NCBI GenBank assembly: GCA_030838305.1
Contig: JAUTWY010000455.1
Location: forward strand, 1-36,044
Source: Acidobacteriaceae bacterium
Lineage (GTDB): Bacteria; Acidobacteriota; Terriglobia; Terriglobales; Acidobacteriaceae
Length of the DNA stretch: 36,044 nucleotides
Direction: 5' to 3'
The translations under genes were made by a program, and so were the position numbers. Of this stretch, positions 8,364 through 16,829 are shown one piece after another (the first letter of the stretch is position 1; each line of letters begins with the position of its first letter). The notes under the pieces were generated by a model. That model saw only the letters and a list, made by a program, of their open reading frames with translations, was not told where the DNA came from and did not search any database.

Positions 8364-9071
8364 ATGCTCGACTTCAACCGCTTCGAGATTCTCACCTTCG
8401 ATTGCTACGGCACCCTGATTAACTGGGAGGAAGGAATCCTCCGCTGCCTGCACGGCATTCTTGGAGCCCGCGGGAAAGACACGGACGATGCCACGATCCT
8501 CCGGCATTACGGCGACTTCGAAGCTCGCGCCGAGCACGGCACGTATCGCCGCTATCGCGAGGTGCTGCAGTCGGTGGTAAGCCAATTCGGCGAACACTTT
8601 GGATTCTCTGCAACGCACTCCGAAACTCAATCGCTGCCCGAGTCACTGCCGAGTTGGAAGCCCTGGCCGGATACAGTTGGCGCGCTTCGCGAACTTCAGA
8701 AACGTTTCCGGCTGGCTATCATTTCCAACGTGGACGACGATCTTTTCGCTGGAACTCAGCCTCAATTGGGAGTCAAATTTGACCAGGTCATCACGGCCCA
8801 ACAGGCGGGAGCCTACAAGCCATCACTGAAGATTTTCGAACTCGCATTGGCCCGCATCGGCGTTCCCGCTCACCGCATCCTGCACGTAGGCCAGAGCGTT
8901 TACCACGACGTGCTTCCCGCGCAGTCGCTGGGCCTCGCTACCGTCTGGGTTAACCGGCCATCGCCGCGAACCGGGGTGGGTGCGGTGAAAGCAGCGGAGG
9001 GGCATCCCGAGTTGCAGGTTTCCAGCCTGGCGGAACTTGCCTCCGCCGGCACAGGTCAGCAATCAGCTTAG
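8364..9071 (+). CDS. HAD-superfamily hydrolase, haloacid dehalogenase type II-like
   Basis: Start moved to ATG 8364 because the 8145 extension overlaps the upstream gene. Motif I FDCYGTL, motif II ISN, conserved Lys in AYKPSLKIF, motif IV HVGQSVYHDV. Confidence 0.8.
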   Translation: MLDFNRFEILTFDCYGTLINWEEGILRCLHGILGARGKDTDDATILRHYGDFEARAEHGTYRRYREVLQSVVSQFGEHFGFSATHSETQSLPESLPSWKPWPDTVGALRELQKRFRLAIISNVDDDLFAGTQPQLGVKFDQVITAQQAGAYKPSLKIFELALARIGVPAHRILHVGQSVYHDVLPAQSLGLATVWVNRPSPRTGVGAVKAAEGHPELQVSSLAELASAGTGQQSA

Positions 9072-9754
9072 AAATTAACCGGAACCTTCACTACTTTCCT
9101 CTGAATCGCCCACATTACCAGCTCCGCCTTATTGTGGATGCCAAGCTTCCGCATCAGATTGAACTTGTGAGCGTCCACCGTCTTAATGCTGAGTCCCAGA
9201 ACTGTTGCCGCCGATCGCACGGTTCTTCCTTCCGCCAACAGCTTCAGCACTTCGCGCTCGCGAGCGGTAAGTGTGCGTTCTTGCCGGAATAATGTTGTGG
9301 TGGGGCGCTGTGGATCTGGTTGTGAGAACGCCTCCCGGTCATTCGGCTGATTCGCAGCGTTGCGGACCATTTCCACCAGTTCTCCCGCGGAAGTTTGCCG
9401 AACCGCGCAGCTTTGCTCTGCTGTCCGCAAATTTCCAAGCGGGAAGCCGGATTGTTCCTGGCCGCTCAAGAATACGATTTTGGTACGGGGAGACTCCCGC
9501 GCCACAAGAAGCTCAGCCTCAGCCGGCCGAAGCCCGAAGGTCGCGGAATCCGCGACCACCACATCCGGGCGAAACTCGTGAACCTTGCGCAAACCCTCTG
9601 CCGCGTTGCCGGCCTCGCTTACAACCTGGATGTCAGGCTCATCTTCCAGCAGTCGCCTCAGGCCTTCACGCAACAGAACGTGGTCGTGCACAAGTCCGCA
9701 ACGAATCTTGCGGTTCGAAACGAATACCTCCGTCGAATCTGTGCGTGGGGGCAC
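9068..9754 (-). CDS. NarL/LuxR-family response regulator with atypical receiver domain
   Basis: GTG start preceded by AAGGAG at 5-nt spacing. REC-like N-terminus (IRCGLVHDHVLLREGLRRLLE...PDVVVAD). C-terminal LuxR HTH (LTAREREVLKLLAEGRTVRSAATVLGLSIKTVDAHKFNLMRKLG). Confidence 0.8.
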   Translation of the reverse strand: MPPRTDSTEVFVSNRKIRCGLVHDHVLLREGLRRLLEDEPDIQVVSEAGNAAEGLRKVHEFRPDVVVADSATFGLRPAEAELLVARESPRTKIVFLSGQEQSGFPLGNLRTAEQSCAVRQTSAGELVEMVRNAANQPNDREAFSQPDPQRPTTTLFRQERTLTAREREVLKLLAEGRTVRSAATVLGLSIKTVDAHKFNLMRKLGIHNKAELVMWAIQRKVVKVPVNF

Positions 9755-9985
9755 ACAGTCTCCTTAGTTTGGCCAGAACGTTTGCGAAATGACGCGAGCG
9801 GAGGGACAGAACCCAAACTACAAAAATAATGAGCGTTTCACGTATTGTAGCAATCATTCGTGCCGGTGCGCCTGAAAAAGAATCACTCTATTGCCACTTT
9901 GTAGCGGATCGTGCGGGGGCGACACCTTCTGTTTACCACGCAGAAAATTCCAGCGAGCCGCCGCATCAGGTAGAATCGAGCACTT

Positions 9986-11158
9986 ATGCTGCGTTACTTC
10001 ACAGCCGGAGAATCTCACGGCGAAGCCCTGGTCGCATTCCTGTCGGGCCTGCCTGCCGGGCTCAAAGTCGACCAGGCATTTCTCGATCGCGAACTCTGGC
10101 GCCGGCAGCAAGGCTACGGGCGCGGCGGCCGCATGAAGATCGAGCGCGATACGGCTCACATTCTCTCCGGCGTTCGGCATGGCATGACGATAGGCTCGCC
10201 AATTTCGGTGCAACTCGAAAACAGAGATTGGAAGAACTGGCAGGAGGCATTACCGGTTGCCGAGGGCGATCCCGCCCGTCACAAGCGTGTAGCTTCTCCC
10301 CGGCCCGGGCACGCGGATTTGGCGGGGGCTCTGAAATACAATTTCTCCGAAGCTCGCTACGTTCTGGAGCGTGCCTCGGCCCGCGAATCAGCGGCGCGCG
10401 TCGCCATCGGCGCACTCACCAAGACGTTCCTGCGCGAACTCGGCATCGAGGTTCTCAGCCACGTGGTCGCTGTCGGCAGCGTCGTCCTGCAGCAAGAGGT
10501 CTCGTGGAAGCAGATTCAGGAGCTTTACAATCAGGATGAAATTTTGCTGAACTGTGCCGATCCGCAAATTCAGAATGGCATGAAGGAGCAAGTGGATAAG
10601 GTTTTGAAAACTGGTGACTCGGTGGGAGGAGTGTTTGAAGTCGTGGCCCACGGTGTGCCCCCCGGCCTCGGAACTTACGCGCAGTGGGACGAGCGGCTGG
10701 ACGGTCTGCTGGCCGGAGCAGTTATGTCTCTGCAAGCGGTGAAGGCGGTTGAGATCGGCGCAGGAGTTACCGCCGCGGCTTCTCCCGGCTCGGCCGTGCA
10801 CGACGAAATCGGCTACGGCCAGCCGGCAGCCTTTACCGCGTTCACTCGCAATCGTAACAACGCGGGCGGAATTGAAGGCGGCGTTTCCAACGGTGAGGAG
10901 ATTCGCGTGCGCGGCTATCTGAAGCCGATTTCCACTTTGCGCCGTCCGCTAAAATCTGTCGATTTCGCTACCCGTGAACCCGTGAGCGCGGCCTATGAGC
11001 GTTCCGATGTTTGTGTGGTTCCCGCCGCTGGAGTTGCGGCCGAAGCCATGGTCGCCCTTACTCTGGCGCGCTGTGCACTCGACAAGTTCGGCGGCGACTC
11101 CTTGGGAGAGACTTTGCGCAATTTCCAGGGCTATTGCCTGCAACTAAAAAACTACTGA
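9986..11158 (+). CDS. aroC: Chorismate synthase
   Basis: 390 aa. N-terminal MLRYFTAGESHGEALV, RPGHADL, GGIEGGVSNGE and RSDVCVVPAAGVAAEAM are hallmark AroC segments. Confidence 0.95.
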   Translation: MLRYFTAGESHGEALVAFLSGLPAGLKVDQAFLDRELWRRQQGYGRGGRMKIERDTAHILSGVRHGMTIGSPISVQLENRDWKNWQEALPVAEGDPARHKRVASPRPGHADLAGALKYNFSEARYVLERASARESAARVAIGALTKTFLRELGIEVLSHVVAVGSVVLQQEVSWKQIQELYNQDEILLNCADPQIQNGMKEQVDKVLKTGDSVGGVFEVVAHGVPPGLGTYAQWDERLDGLLAGAVMSLQAVKAVEIGAGVTAAASPGSAVHDEIGYGQPAAFTAFTRNRNNAGGIEGGVSNGEEIRVRGYLKPISTLRRPLKSVDFATREPVSAAYERSDVCVVPAAGVAAEAMVALTLARCALDKFGGDSLGETLRNFQGYCLQLKNY

Positions 11159-11667
11159 TGATTTACCCCATTGTGAAATTCGGAAATCCCGTGCTTGAAA
11201 AGCCGGCGGAGAAGGTCACGGTCTTCAACGATGAACTGAAGAAGTTGATCGCAGACATGTTCGAGTCAATGTATGCTGCCCGCGGCGTGGGGCTGGCCGC
11301 GCCGCAGATCGGAATTTCGCGCCGTATCGCGGTAGTGGACGTCACGTTCAAAGAAGATCCCGACGCCAAACTCGTCCTCATAAATCCTGAGATCATTCAT
11401 AAGGAAGGCCGGCACGCGCAGAGTGAGGGCTGTCTCAGTATTCCTGACTTCCGCGAAAACGTGAGCCGTGCGCAAGTTGCCACGGTGCGCGCTCAAGATG
11501 TGACGGGGAAGGTTTTCGAGAAGACCGGCGACGACTTGCTGGCCCGCGCTTTTCAACATGAAACCGATCACCTGAATGGCAAGCTCTACATCAGTCACAT
11601 CAGCGCGCTCAAGCGCGACTTGATCAAGCGCAAAATCCGCAAACTGGTCAAAGCGGGAGAATGGTAG
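11158..11667 (+). CDS. def: Peptide deformylase
   Basis: ATG 11158 overlaps the aroC TGA (TGATG). Motifs GVGLAAPQIG, EGCLS and QHETDHLNG are all present. Confidence 0.95.
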   Translation: MIYPIVKFGNPVLEKPAEKVTVFNDELKKLIADMFESMYAARGVGLAAPQIGISRRIAVVDVTFKEDPDAKLVLINPEIIHKEGRHAQSEGCLSIPDFRENVSRAQVATVRAQDVTGKVFEKTGDDLLARAFQHETDHLNGKLYISHISALKRDLIKRKIRKLVKAGEW

Positions 11668-11668
11668 A

Positions 11669-11716
11669 AGATTGAGTCATTGAGAGATTGAGTCATTCAG
11701 AGATTAGTCAATGAAC
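11669..11716. repeat. Three tandem 16-bp repeats filling the def-fmt spacer
   Basis: AGATTGAGTCATTGAG / AGATTGAGTCATTCAG / AGATTAGTCAATGAAC read directly. Further GTCAATG/TTCAATG echoes continue up to the fmt start. Confidence 0.8.
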
Positions 11717-11728
11717 TAAGGATTCAAT

Positions 11729-12676
11729 GTGTCAATGCCTCCCTCTCTCAATCTCGTCTTTTGCGGCACGCCGCAATTTGCCGTACCCACACTCGAGAGC
11801 CTGGTCGAGACGGGATTCAAGATCCAGCTCGTGGTGACGCAGCCGGACCGCCCTAAAGGGCGCGGCCTCGAAACCGTTTCGTCGCCAGTCAAGCAATCCG
11901 CGCTGAATTTAAAATTGCCCATCGCCCAGCCCGCAAGCATCAAGAACAATGCCGATTTCCGAGCTCAGCTCACCACCCTCAAGCCGGACGCCATCATCGT
12001 GGTCGGCTACGGCCGCATCATTCCACAATGGATGCTCGATCTTCCGCCGCTCGGCAACATCAATCTGCACGCTTCGCTCCTGCCGAAATATCGCGGGGCC
12101 GCGCCCATCCAGTGGGCGATTGCGCAGGGCGAGCCCATCACCGGAGCCACTACCATGAGAATTGACGCTGGCCTCGATACCGGCGACATTCTCTTACAGC
12201 AGGAAACTCCCATTGCTCCTGCCGACACTTCAGAGTCCCTTGCCCCGAAGTTGGCGACCCTGGGAGCTGACCTTATGGTTACAACCTTGCGCGGGTTGCA
12301 AGCCGGCACGATCAACTCGCGCCAGCAAGATCACGCCCAAGCCACGCTAGCACCCATCCTCAAGAAGGAAGATGGCCTGATCGATTTCTCCCGCCCCGTG
12401 AACGAGATACTGAATCGCATGCGCGGCTTTCAGCCGTGGCCGGGCGCATACACGAAGTTCCGCGGGAAGAATCTGCAAGTATGGAAGGCAGAGAGGTTCG
12501 ATCGAGCTCTGCCTCCATCCGAGCTCAAGGTAGAAGGTGATTGTCTTTTTGTCGGTTGCGGCGAGGGTACCGCGATCGAACTCCTCGGATTGCAACTGGA
12601 GGGCAAGAAACGAAGCTCTGCTTCCGATTTCCTTCGAGGCTATCGCCCTCATTCCGGCGAGAAACTTGGCGCTTAA
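11729..12676 (+). CDS. fmt: Methionyl-tRNA formyltransferase
   Basis: 315 aa. LVFCGTPQFAVPTLESL, VVTQPDRPKGRG, NLHASLLPKYRGAAPIQWAI. Start is GTG 11729 or ATG 11735. Confidence 0.95.
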   Translation: MSMPPSLNLVFCGTPQFAVPTLESLVETGFKIQLVVTQPDRPKGRGLETVSSPVKQSALNLKLPIAQPASIKNNADFRAQLTTLKPDAIIVVGYGRIIPQWMLDLPPLGNINLHASLLPKYRGAAPIQWAIAQGEPITGATTMRIDAGLDTGDILLQQETPIAPADTSESLAPKLATLGADLMVTTLRGLQAGTINSRQQDHAQATLAPILKKEDGLIDFSRPVNEILNRMRGFQPWPGAYTKFRGKNLQVWKAERFDRALPPSELKVEGDCLFVGCGEGTAIELLGLQLEGKKRSSASDFLRGYRPHSGEKLGA

Positions 12677-12727
12677 TCCAGGGCGAAGTTCTTCCCCACT
12701 TCGGTTGCTTCCGTCATACTTGCCATT

Positions 12728-14116
12728 GTGAAATCAAAGCGTCCAGACTCGGATCCCGCAGTCTCGCCAGCCCGTTCTGCGGCTTTCGATATCCTCATTC
12801 GCGTCGACCGCGAGTCCTCCTATGCCTCCGAACTTCTTCATTCCCGGACATACGACCGTCTCTCCGTGGTCGACCACTCTTTGGCAACGGAACTGGTCAT
12901 GGGCGTTCTACGCTGGCGATCGCTGCTCGACGTACAAATCGCAGGGGTTTCCGCCCAACCGCTTTCCAAACTCGATCTCGAAATCCTGACTGCACTTCGC
13001 CTTGCGGTTTACCAACTGGGCTGGCTGGATCGCGTTCCAGCCCGTGCCGCGATCAATGAGAGCGTCGAATTGGTCAAACGCGCCCGTAAGCGTTCAGCCG
13101 CTTCTTTCGTCAATGCTGTCTTGCGTAAGCTCGCCAGCAGCAGCCTCGGCCGCCAGTTCTCGCAATCGATGCTGAATGGATCTTCTGCCGAAGGCCTTGC
13201 CAGCAGCAGCGCGCATCCACGATGGCTTATCGAACGCTGGACTCAAGCCTTTGGAATCGAAACAGCGCACCGGATTTGCGAATACGACCAGTCGGTTCCC
13301 ACTACCGCAATTCGCATTCGTCATCCCGAGGCGGAAGCCCAACTCAAAGCTGAGGGCGTCGAAGTCGTGCGGGGCGTTCTACTTTCCTCGGCACGGCGCG
13401 TTGTGCATGGAGACATTACCAAGTCTGCAGCGTTCCGGGGAGGCTTATGCGGCATTCAAGACGAAGCATCGCAGTTGGTCGCAGCTCTGGTCGGCCGCGG
13501 GGCAAACATTCTGGATTGCTGTGCGGCTCCCGGAGGAAAAACTGCGGCCATCGCGGATCGCAATCCCACTGCGGATATCGTTGCCGTCGATCTTCACCCA
13601 CACCGGGCGCGGCTGCTGCAAACATTGCGGCGCGGGAATTATCGGGCGGAGGCGCACAGCCCGAATGTCCAGGTGGTGGCCGCCGATGCGCAAAGGCTGC
13701 CTTTTGCCACAAGATTCAACCGTGTGCTCGCTGACGTGCCTTGCTCCGGCACGGGCACCCTCGCCCGCAATCCAGAAATCAAATGGCGTCTCACGCCCGA
13801 AGATCTCGCTGCTCTGCAAGTGCGCCAGGTCGCGATCCTCCGTTCGGCGATGACCCAGGTCACTGATGGAGGACGTCTGATTTATTCCACATGCTCCCTG
13901 GAGAGAGAAGAGAACGAAGATGTCGTTGAGTTGGCCCTGGCCCAGGACTCATCATTCCGTGTGATTGACTGCCGCGGGGAGCTTGAGCAATTGCGACAAG
14001 AACAAGAATTAGTGTGGCCAGATGCTTCCGGGCTCACTCGCGGTCCCTACCTTCGTACTTTTCCCGGGGTCCATCCCTGCGACGGATTCTTTTCTGCGAT
14101 CCTGGAGAAAATCTAG
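12728..14116 (+). CDS. rsmB: 16S rRNA (cytosine967-C5)-methyltransferase RsmB/Sun
   Basis: GTG start. NusB-like N-domain (ARSAAFDILIRVDRESSYASELL). SAM-MTase motifs ILDCCAAPGGKT, DVPCSGTGTLARNPEIKWR and YSTCSLEREENE. Canonical position after def-fmt. Confidence 0.9.
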   Translation: MKSKRPDSDPAVSPARSAAFDILIRVDRESSYASELLHSRTYDRLSVVDHSLATELVMGVLRWRSLLDVQIAGVSAQPLSKLDLEILTALRLAVYQLGWLDRVPARAAINESVELVKRARKRSAASFVNAVLRKLASSSLGRQFSQSMLNGSSAEGLASSSAHPRWLIERWTQAFGIETAHRICEYDQSVPTTAIRIRHPEAEAQLKAEGVEVVRGVLLSSARRVVHGDITKSAAFRGGLCGIQDEASQLVAALVGRGANILDCCAAPGGKTAAIADRNPTADIVAVDLHPHRARLLQTLRRGNYRAEAHSPNVQVVAADAQRLPFATRFNRVLADVPCSGTGTLARNPEIKWRLTPEDLAALQVRQVAILRSAMTQVTDGGRLIYSTCSLEREENEDVVELALAQDSSFRVIDCRGELEQLRQEQELVWPDASGLTRGPYLRTFPGVHPCDGFFSAILEKI

Positions 14117-14123
14117 AAGCCGA

Positions 14124-14900
14124 TTATCGAACTTCGAAATTCAGCACTGCACCCGCCAGAACTTTCTGTCCCGCCGGCGGCCACTGCGTAACGATCATGC
14201 TGGCTGGCGAGGGCTGCGGCGGCGCAGGAGATGGGGAGGGGGCTGTGCTCGCTGTTGCGGAATTCGGCGCAACCGCGTTCGCCTGCGCGGGAGCCATGCT
14301 CACGGTCCCCAGCCGGAAACCTGCGTCCTGCAGCGTCCGACTCGCAGTGCCCAACGGTTGTCCGACAAAGTTCGGCACCACGAATGCCGGCGCATCGGCC
14401 GTCACCGTCACCAACAAACTCGTTTTCGGAGCCGCCACCTGGCTTGCGTTTGCCGGAGGACTCTGCGCCACCACCAGGTCGGTTGGAGTTCCCGGCAACT
14501 GAATCTCGGTGATCGAAGCCACTTCCAGTCCGCGGCGCCGGATGTTTAACTCCGCTGCGCGCTCACTTTGCCGGGTTACATCGGGAATCGAAACGCGCTG
14601 TGGCCCCATGCTCTGCGCCACCCGTAACTGCCAGCCGCGCCGCACTTTCGTCCCAGGCAGCGGCATTTGGGTCATGATCCTTCCCTCCGGAATCGTTGCA
14701 CTGTAGTACTGGCGCTCCACCTCAATCTGGAACCCAAGCCCGGAAACAGAGCGTTCGGCATCCGGAGGGGTCAGGCCAAGGACTGCGGGCACTTCCACTT
14801 CCTGACCGTGAATCGCAAATCGCATGGCCGTCAATGCCGACACCAGCGCCACCACCACCAGCGCCAGCGCCAGCATCGCGAAGCGAAATAGAGGCTTCAT
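14124..14900 (-). CDS. Single-pass membrane protein with three PASTA domains
   Basis: N-terminal TM helix (FAMLALALVVVALVSALTA). Three PASTA-like units begin VEVPAVLGLTPPDAE..., VSIPDVTRQSERAAE... and FVVPNFVGQPLGTASRTLQDAGF.... The third is interrupted by a Pro/Ala/Ser-rich insert. Confidence 0.75.
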   Translation of the reverse strand: MKPLFRFAMLALALVVVALVSALTAMRFAIHGQEVEVPAVLGLTPPDAERSVSGLGFQIEVERQYYSATIPEGRIMTQMPLPGTKVRRGWQLRVAQSMGPQRVSIPDVTRQSERAAELNIRRRGLEVASITEIQLPGTPTDLVVAQSPPANASQVAAPKTSLLVTVTADAPAFVVPNFVGQPLGTASRTLQDAGFRLGTVSMAPAQANAVAPNSATASTAPSPSPAPPQPSPASMIVTQWPPAGQKVLAGAVLNFEVR

Positions 14901-14979
14901 AAGATTGATGCTAGCAATTATAGTGCGGCCATCAGGAACAACCTGACTTCATCCGTTTTTTATCGAGCCAGAAGGGCCT

Positions 14980-15009
14980 GTTGACGCATCTCATTTGTGG
15001 CGCTTATCA
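14980..15009 (+). promoter_or_regulatory. Putative sigma70-type promoter for the dksA-like gene
   Basis: TTGACG (14980-14985), about 17-18 nt spacer, TATCAT (15004-15009). By eye only. Confidence 0.3.
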
Positions 15010-15079
15010 TTTTTGTTTGGCCCAAACCCCACGGGCGGTTCTGGAGAACCGCCGGCGGATTTATAGAAGAAGTGAACTT

Positions 15080-15448
15080 ATGGATAAGAAGAAGTTAGAG
15101 GGATTTAAGAAGCGGCTGGAGACGCGGCAGCAGGATCTGCGCCGAACGGTCTCTCGCACCCAGGCGGATGGCCGCTCCGCTGACGAGGACACGGCGCAGG
15201 ATATTGCCGATCGCGCCGCCAGTTCCTACACCAAAGAATTTCTTTTCAGCCAGAGCAACAACGAGCGGCAGCTCCTGCAGATGGTCGAAAAGGCGCTGGC
15301 ACGGATTCGCGAGGGCAGTTTTGGCGAATGCATCCACTGCGGCAAGGAAATTAACGCCAAGCGCCTGGAGGCTGTGCCCTGGACGCGCCATTGCATTGAG
15401 TGCCAGGAAAAGCTCGAGCAGGGCTTGCTAGAAGAGGCTCCACGCTAG
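15080..15448 (+). CDS. DksA/TraR-family C4 zinc-finger transcription factor
   Basis: Start moved to ATG 15080 (MDKKKLEGFKKRLE...). Coiled-coil region with acidic tip (DEDTAQDIADRAA). C4 finger CIHCGKEINAKRLEAVPWTRHCIEC. Confidence 0.8.
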   Translation: MDKKKLEGFKKRLETRQQDLRRTVSRTQADGRSADEDTAQDIADRAASSYTKEFLFSQSNNERQLLQMVEKALARIREGSFGECIHCGKEINAKRLEAVPWTRHCIECQEKLEQGLLEEAPR

Positions 15449-15546
15449 TCGCGTTCCAGCTTTGACGGTGTTATTTTCCGGCTGATAAACTAAATAGTTC
15501 GTCCCACCAAGACAGAGACTCACAAGACCGAGACTGGAAGGTTGCA

Positions 15547-16272
15547 GTGCGCGCAGAAACCCGTCATCAACTTAAGCAGGATGCATTCAGCCGCGTCACC
15601 ATTGGGGCTGCCGAGAAGACTGCTCACTGGAGCGTCGCGCACAGGAGCACTCTGGCGATTGCTGCCGTCGCGGTTGTTGTAATCGTGGCCGCGGTGGCGG
15701 GCGGCTGGTATTACCTGAGCGCGCAAGATGAGAAGGCCAGCCTGGAGATGTTGCAGGCGGTCAGGACCCTGGAGGCTCAGTTGCGTCCCGCCGAAACGCC
15801 CGCGCAACCAGACGTTCCCAGCTTTACCTCCGCAAAAGAGCGTTCCGAGGCAGCGAAAAAACAATTTCAGGCGATTGTGGATAAATATCCGCACACCCGC
15901 ACGGCGGACATGGCACGCTACTTTTTGGGTGTGACCTCGGCAACCGCAGGCGATAATGTCGCAGCCGAAAGCAGTTTCAAGGCGGTGGCATCGACCGGCA
16001 ACAAAGAACTGGCTTCGGTCGCTAGGCTCGCGCTGGCGGCTCTCCACGGGAACACCAATCGTACCAAGGACGCCGTGGCGTTATACCAGGATCTGATCAA
16101 CCATCCCACGGCTTCGGTGAGCAAAGCCACCGCACAGTTACAACTGGCCGAGCTTTACCAGACCAGCAATCAGCCGCTGGACGCGAAACGTATCTACGAG
16201 CAGATCAAGAAGGACAATCCCGGCCCTGAAGCGGTGCAGATTGCGACCCAAAAACTTACGGAACTGAAGTAG
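15547..16272 (+). CDS. Membrane-anchored TPR-like protein (YfgM/UPF0070-like)
   Basis: GTG start with GGAAGG 6 nt upstream. N-terminal TM (LAIAAVAVVVIVAAVAGGWYYL) followed by a helical TPR-like domain (ARLALAALHGNTNRTKDAVALYQDLI..., [23 protein letters not shown]). Confidence 0.6.
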   Translation: MRAETRHQLKQDAFSRVTIGAAEKTAHWSVAHRSTLAIAAVAVVVIVAAVAGGWYYLSAQDEKASLEMLQAVRTLEAQLRPAETPAQPDVPSFTSAKERSEAAKKQFQAIVDKYPHTRTADMARYFLGVTSATAGDNVAAESSFKAVASTGNKELASVARLALAALHGNTNRTKDAVALYQDLINHPTASVSKATAQLQLAELYQTSNQPLDAKRIYEQIKKDNPGPEAVQIATQKLTELK

Positions 16273-16634
16273 ACCCGGGCACCCCGCCCCCGCACCCCAA
16301 GAACAGCGTCAGACCTGCCTAGCAGCGTTTGTTCAATGACAAGCCGGCGGTAGGTCGCCTGAATGACTTCTTCTGCGGAGACTGATTGCACGAACTGGAA
16401 GCCGTAGCGGAAGGCATTCCTTTGGCGGACCACTGCATAAACCCTCACTGGGCCGAGGGGAAGAATAAATTCCAATTCCACCATTTCGTCCACGGGAACT
16501 TCAATTCTCAGTATGGCTGAGATTCCGGAATCGCTGAGGTCGACGGTGTGCCCCTTCAGCACGCCGCAGTTCCGGGAACTGATACTCATATTGACCTCAA
16601 GCTTGAACCGGGGCTGGCGACGACTGTCGGCCAT
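16194..16634 (-). CDS. Single-domain PilZ (c-di-GMP receptor-type) protein
   Basis: PilZ signature RRQPR (RxxxR) and DLSDSG (DxSxxG) about 25 aa apart. ATG 16634 is preferred; the track start at 16709 is the alternative. The last 79 nt overlap the 3' end of the convergent 15547-16272 gene. Confidence 0.7.
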   Translation of the reverse strand: MADSRRQPRFKLEVNMSISSRNCGVLKGHTVDLSDSGISAILRIEVPVDEMVELEFILPLGPVRVYAVVRQRNAFRYGFQFVQSVSAEEVIQATYRRLVIEQTLLGRSDAVLGVRGRGARVYFSSVSFWVAICTASGPGLSFLICS

Positions 16635-16829
16635 GCCCCTACCGGCACTGGCTGCGGGCTGATTCTGACGTTCCAATTCTGCTTCTCCCCAACTTATCCC
16701 TATCGGCATGAAGGAGCGGAAACTTTATTCTTGCACGCTTTTCTCACGAGCCCATTCCACTTTTTCTGCTGGTTGAGTAGGATGATTGTCCAGATTCAAT
16801 TACCGGGTTTTATTCCCATTGGAAAACCT

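Noticed and set aside
9829-10539. 236-aa plus-strand ORF overlapping aroC out of frame
   Set aside because: aroC is unambiguous in its own frame. The alternative frame is extremely Arg/Ser/Pro-rich and starts in the promoter region.
11674-11696. TGAGTCA cores in the def-fmt repeats resembling an AP-1/GCN4 site
   Set aside because: That is a eukaryotic bZIP motif with no bacterial meaning. The repeat is reported, but this interpretation is discarded.
13176-13853. 225-aa alternative-frame ORF inside rsmB
   Set aside because: It is on the same strand but out of frame with a gene carrying complete RsmB motifs. It shows no independent signal.
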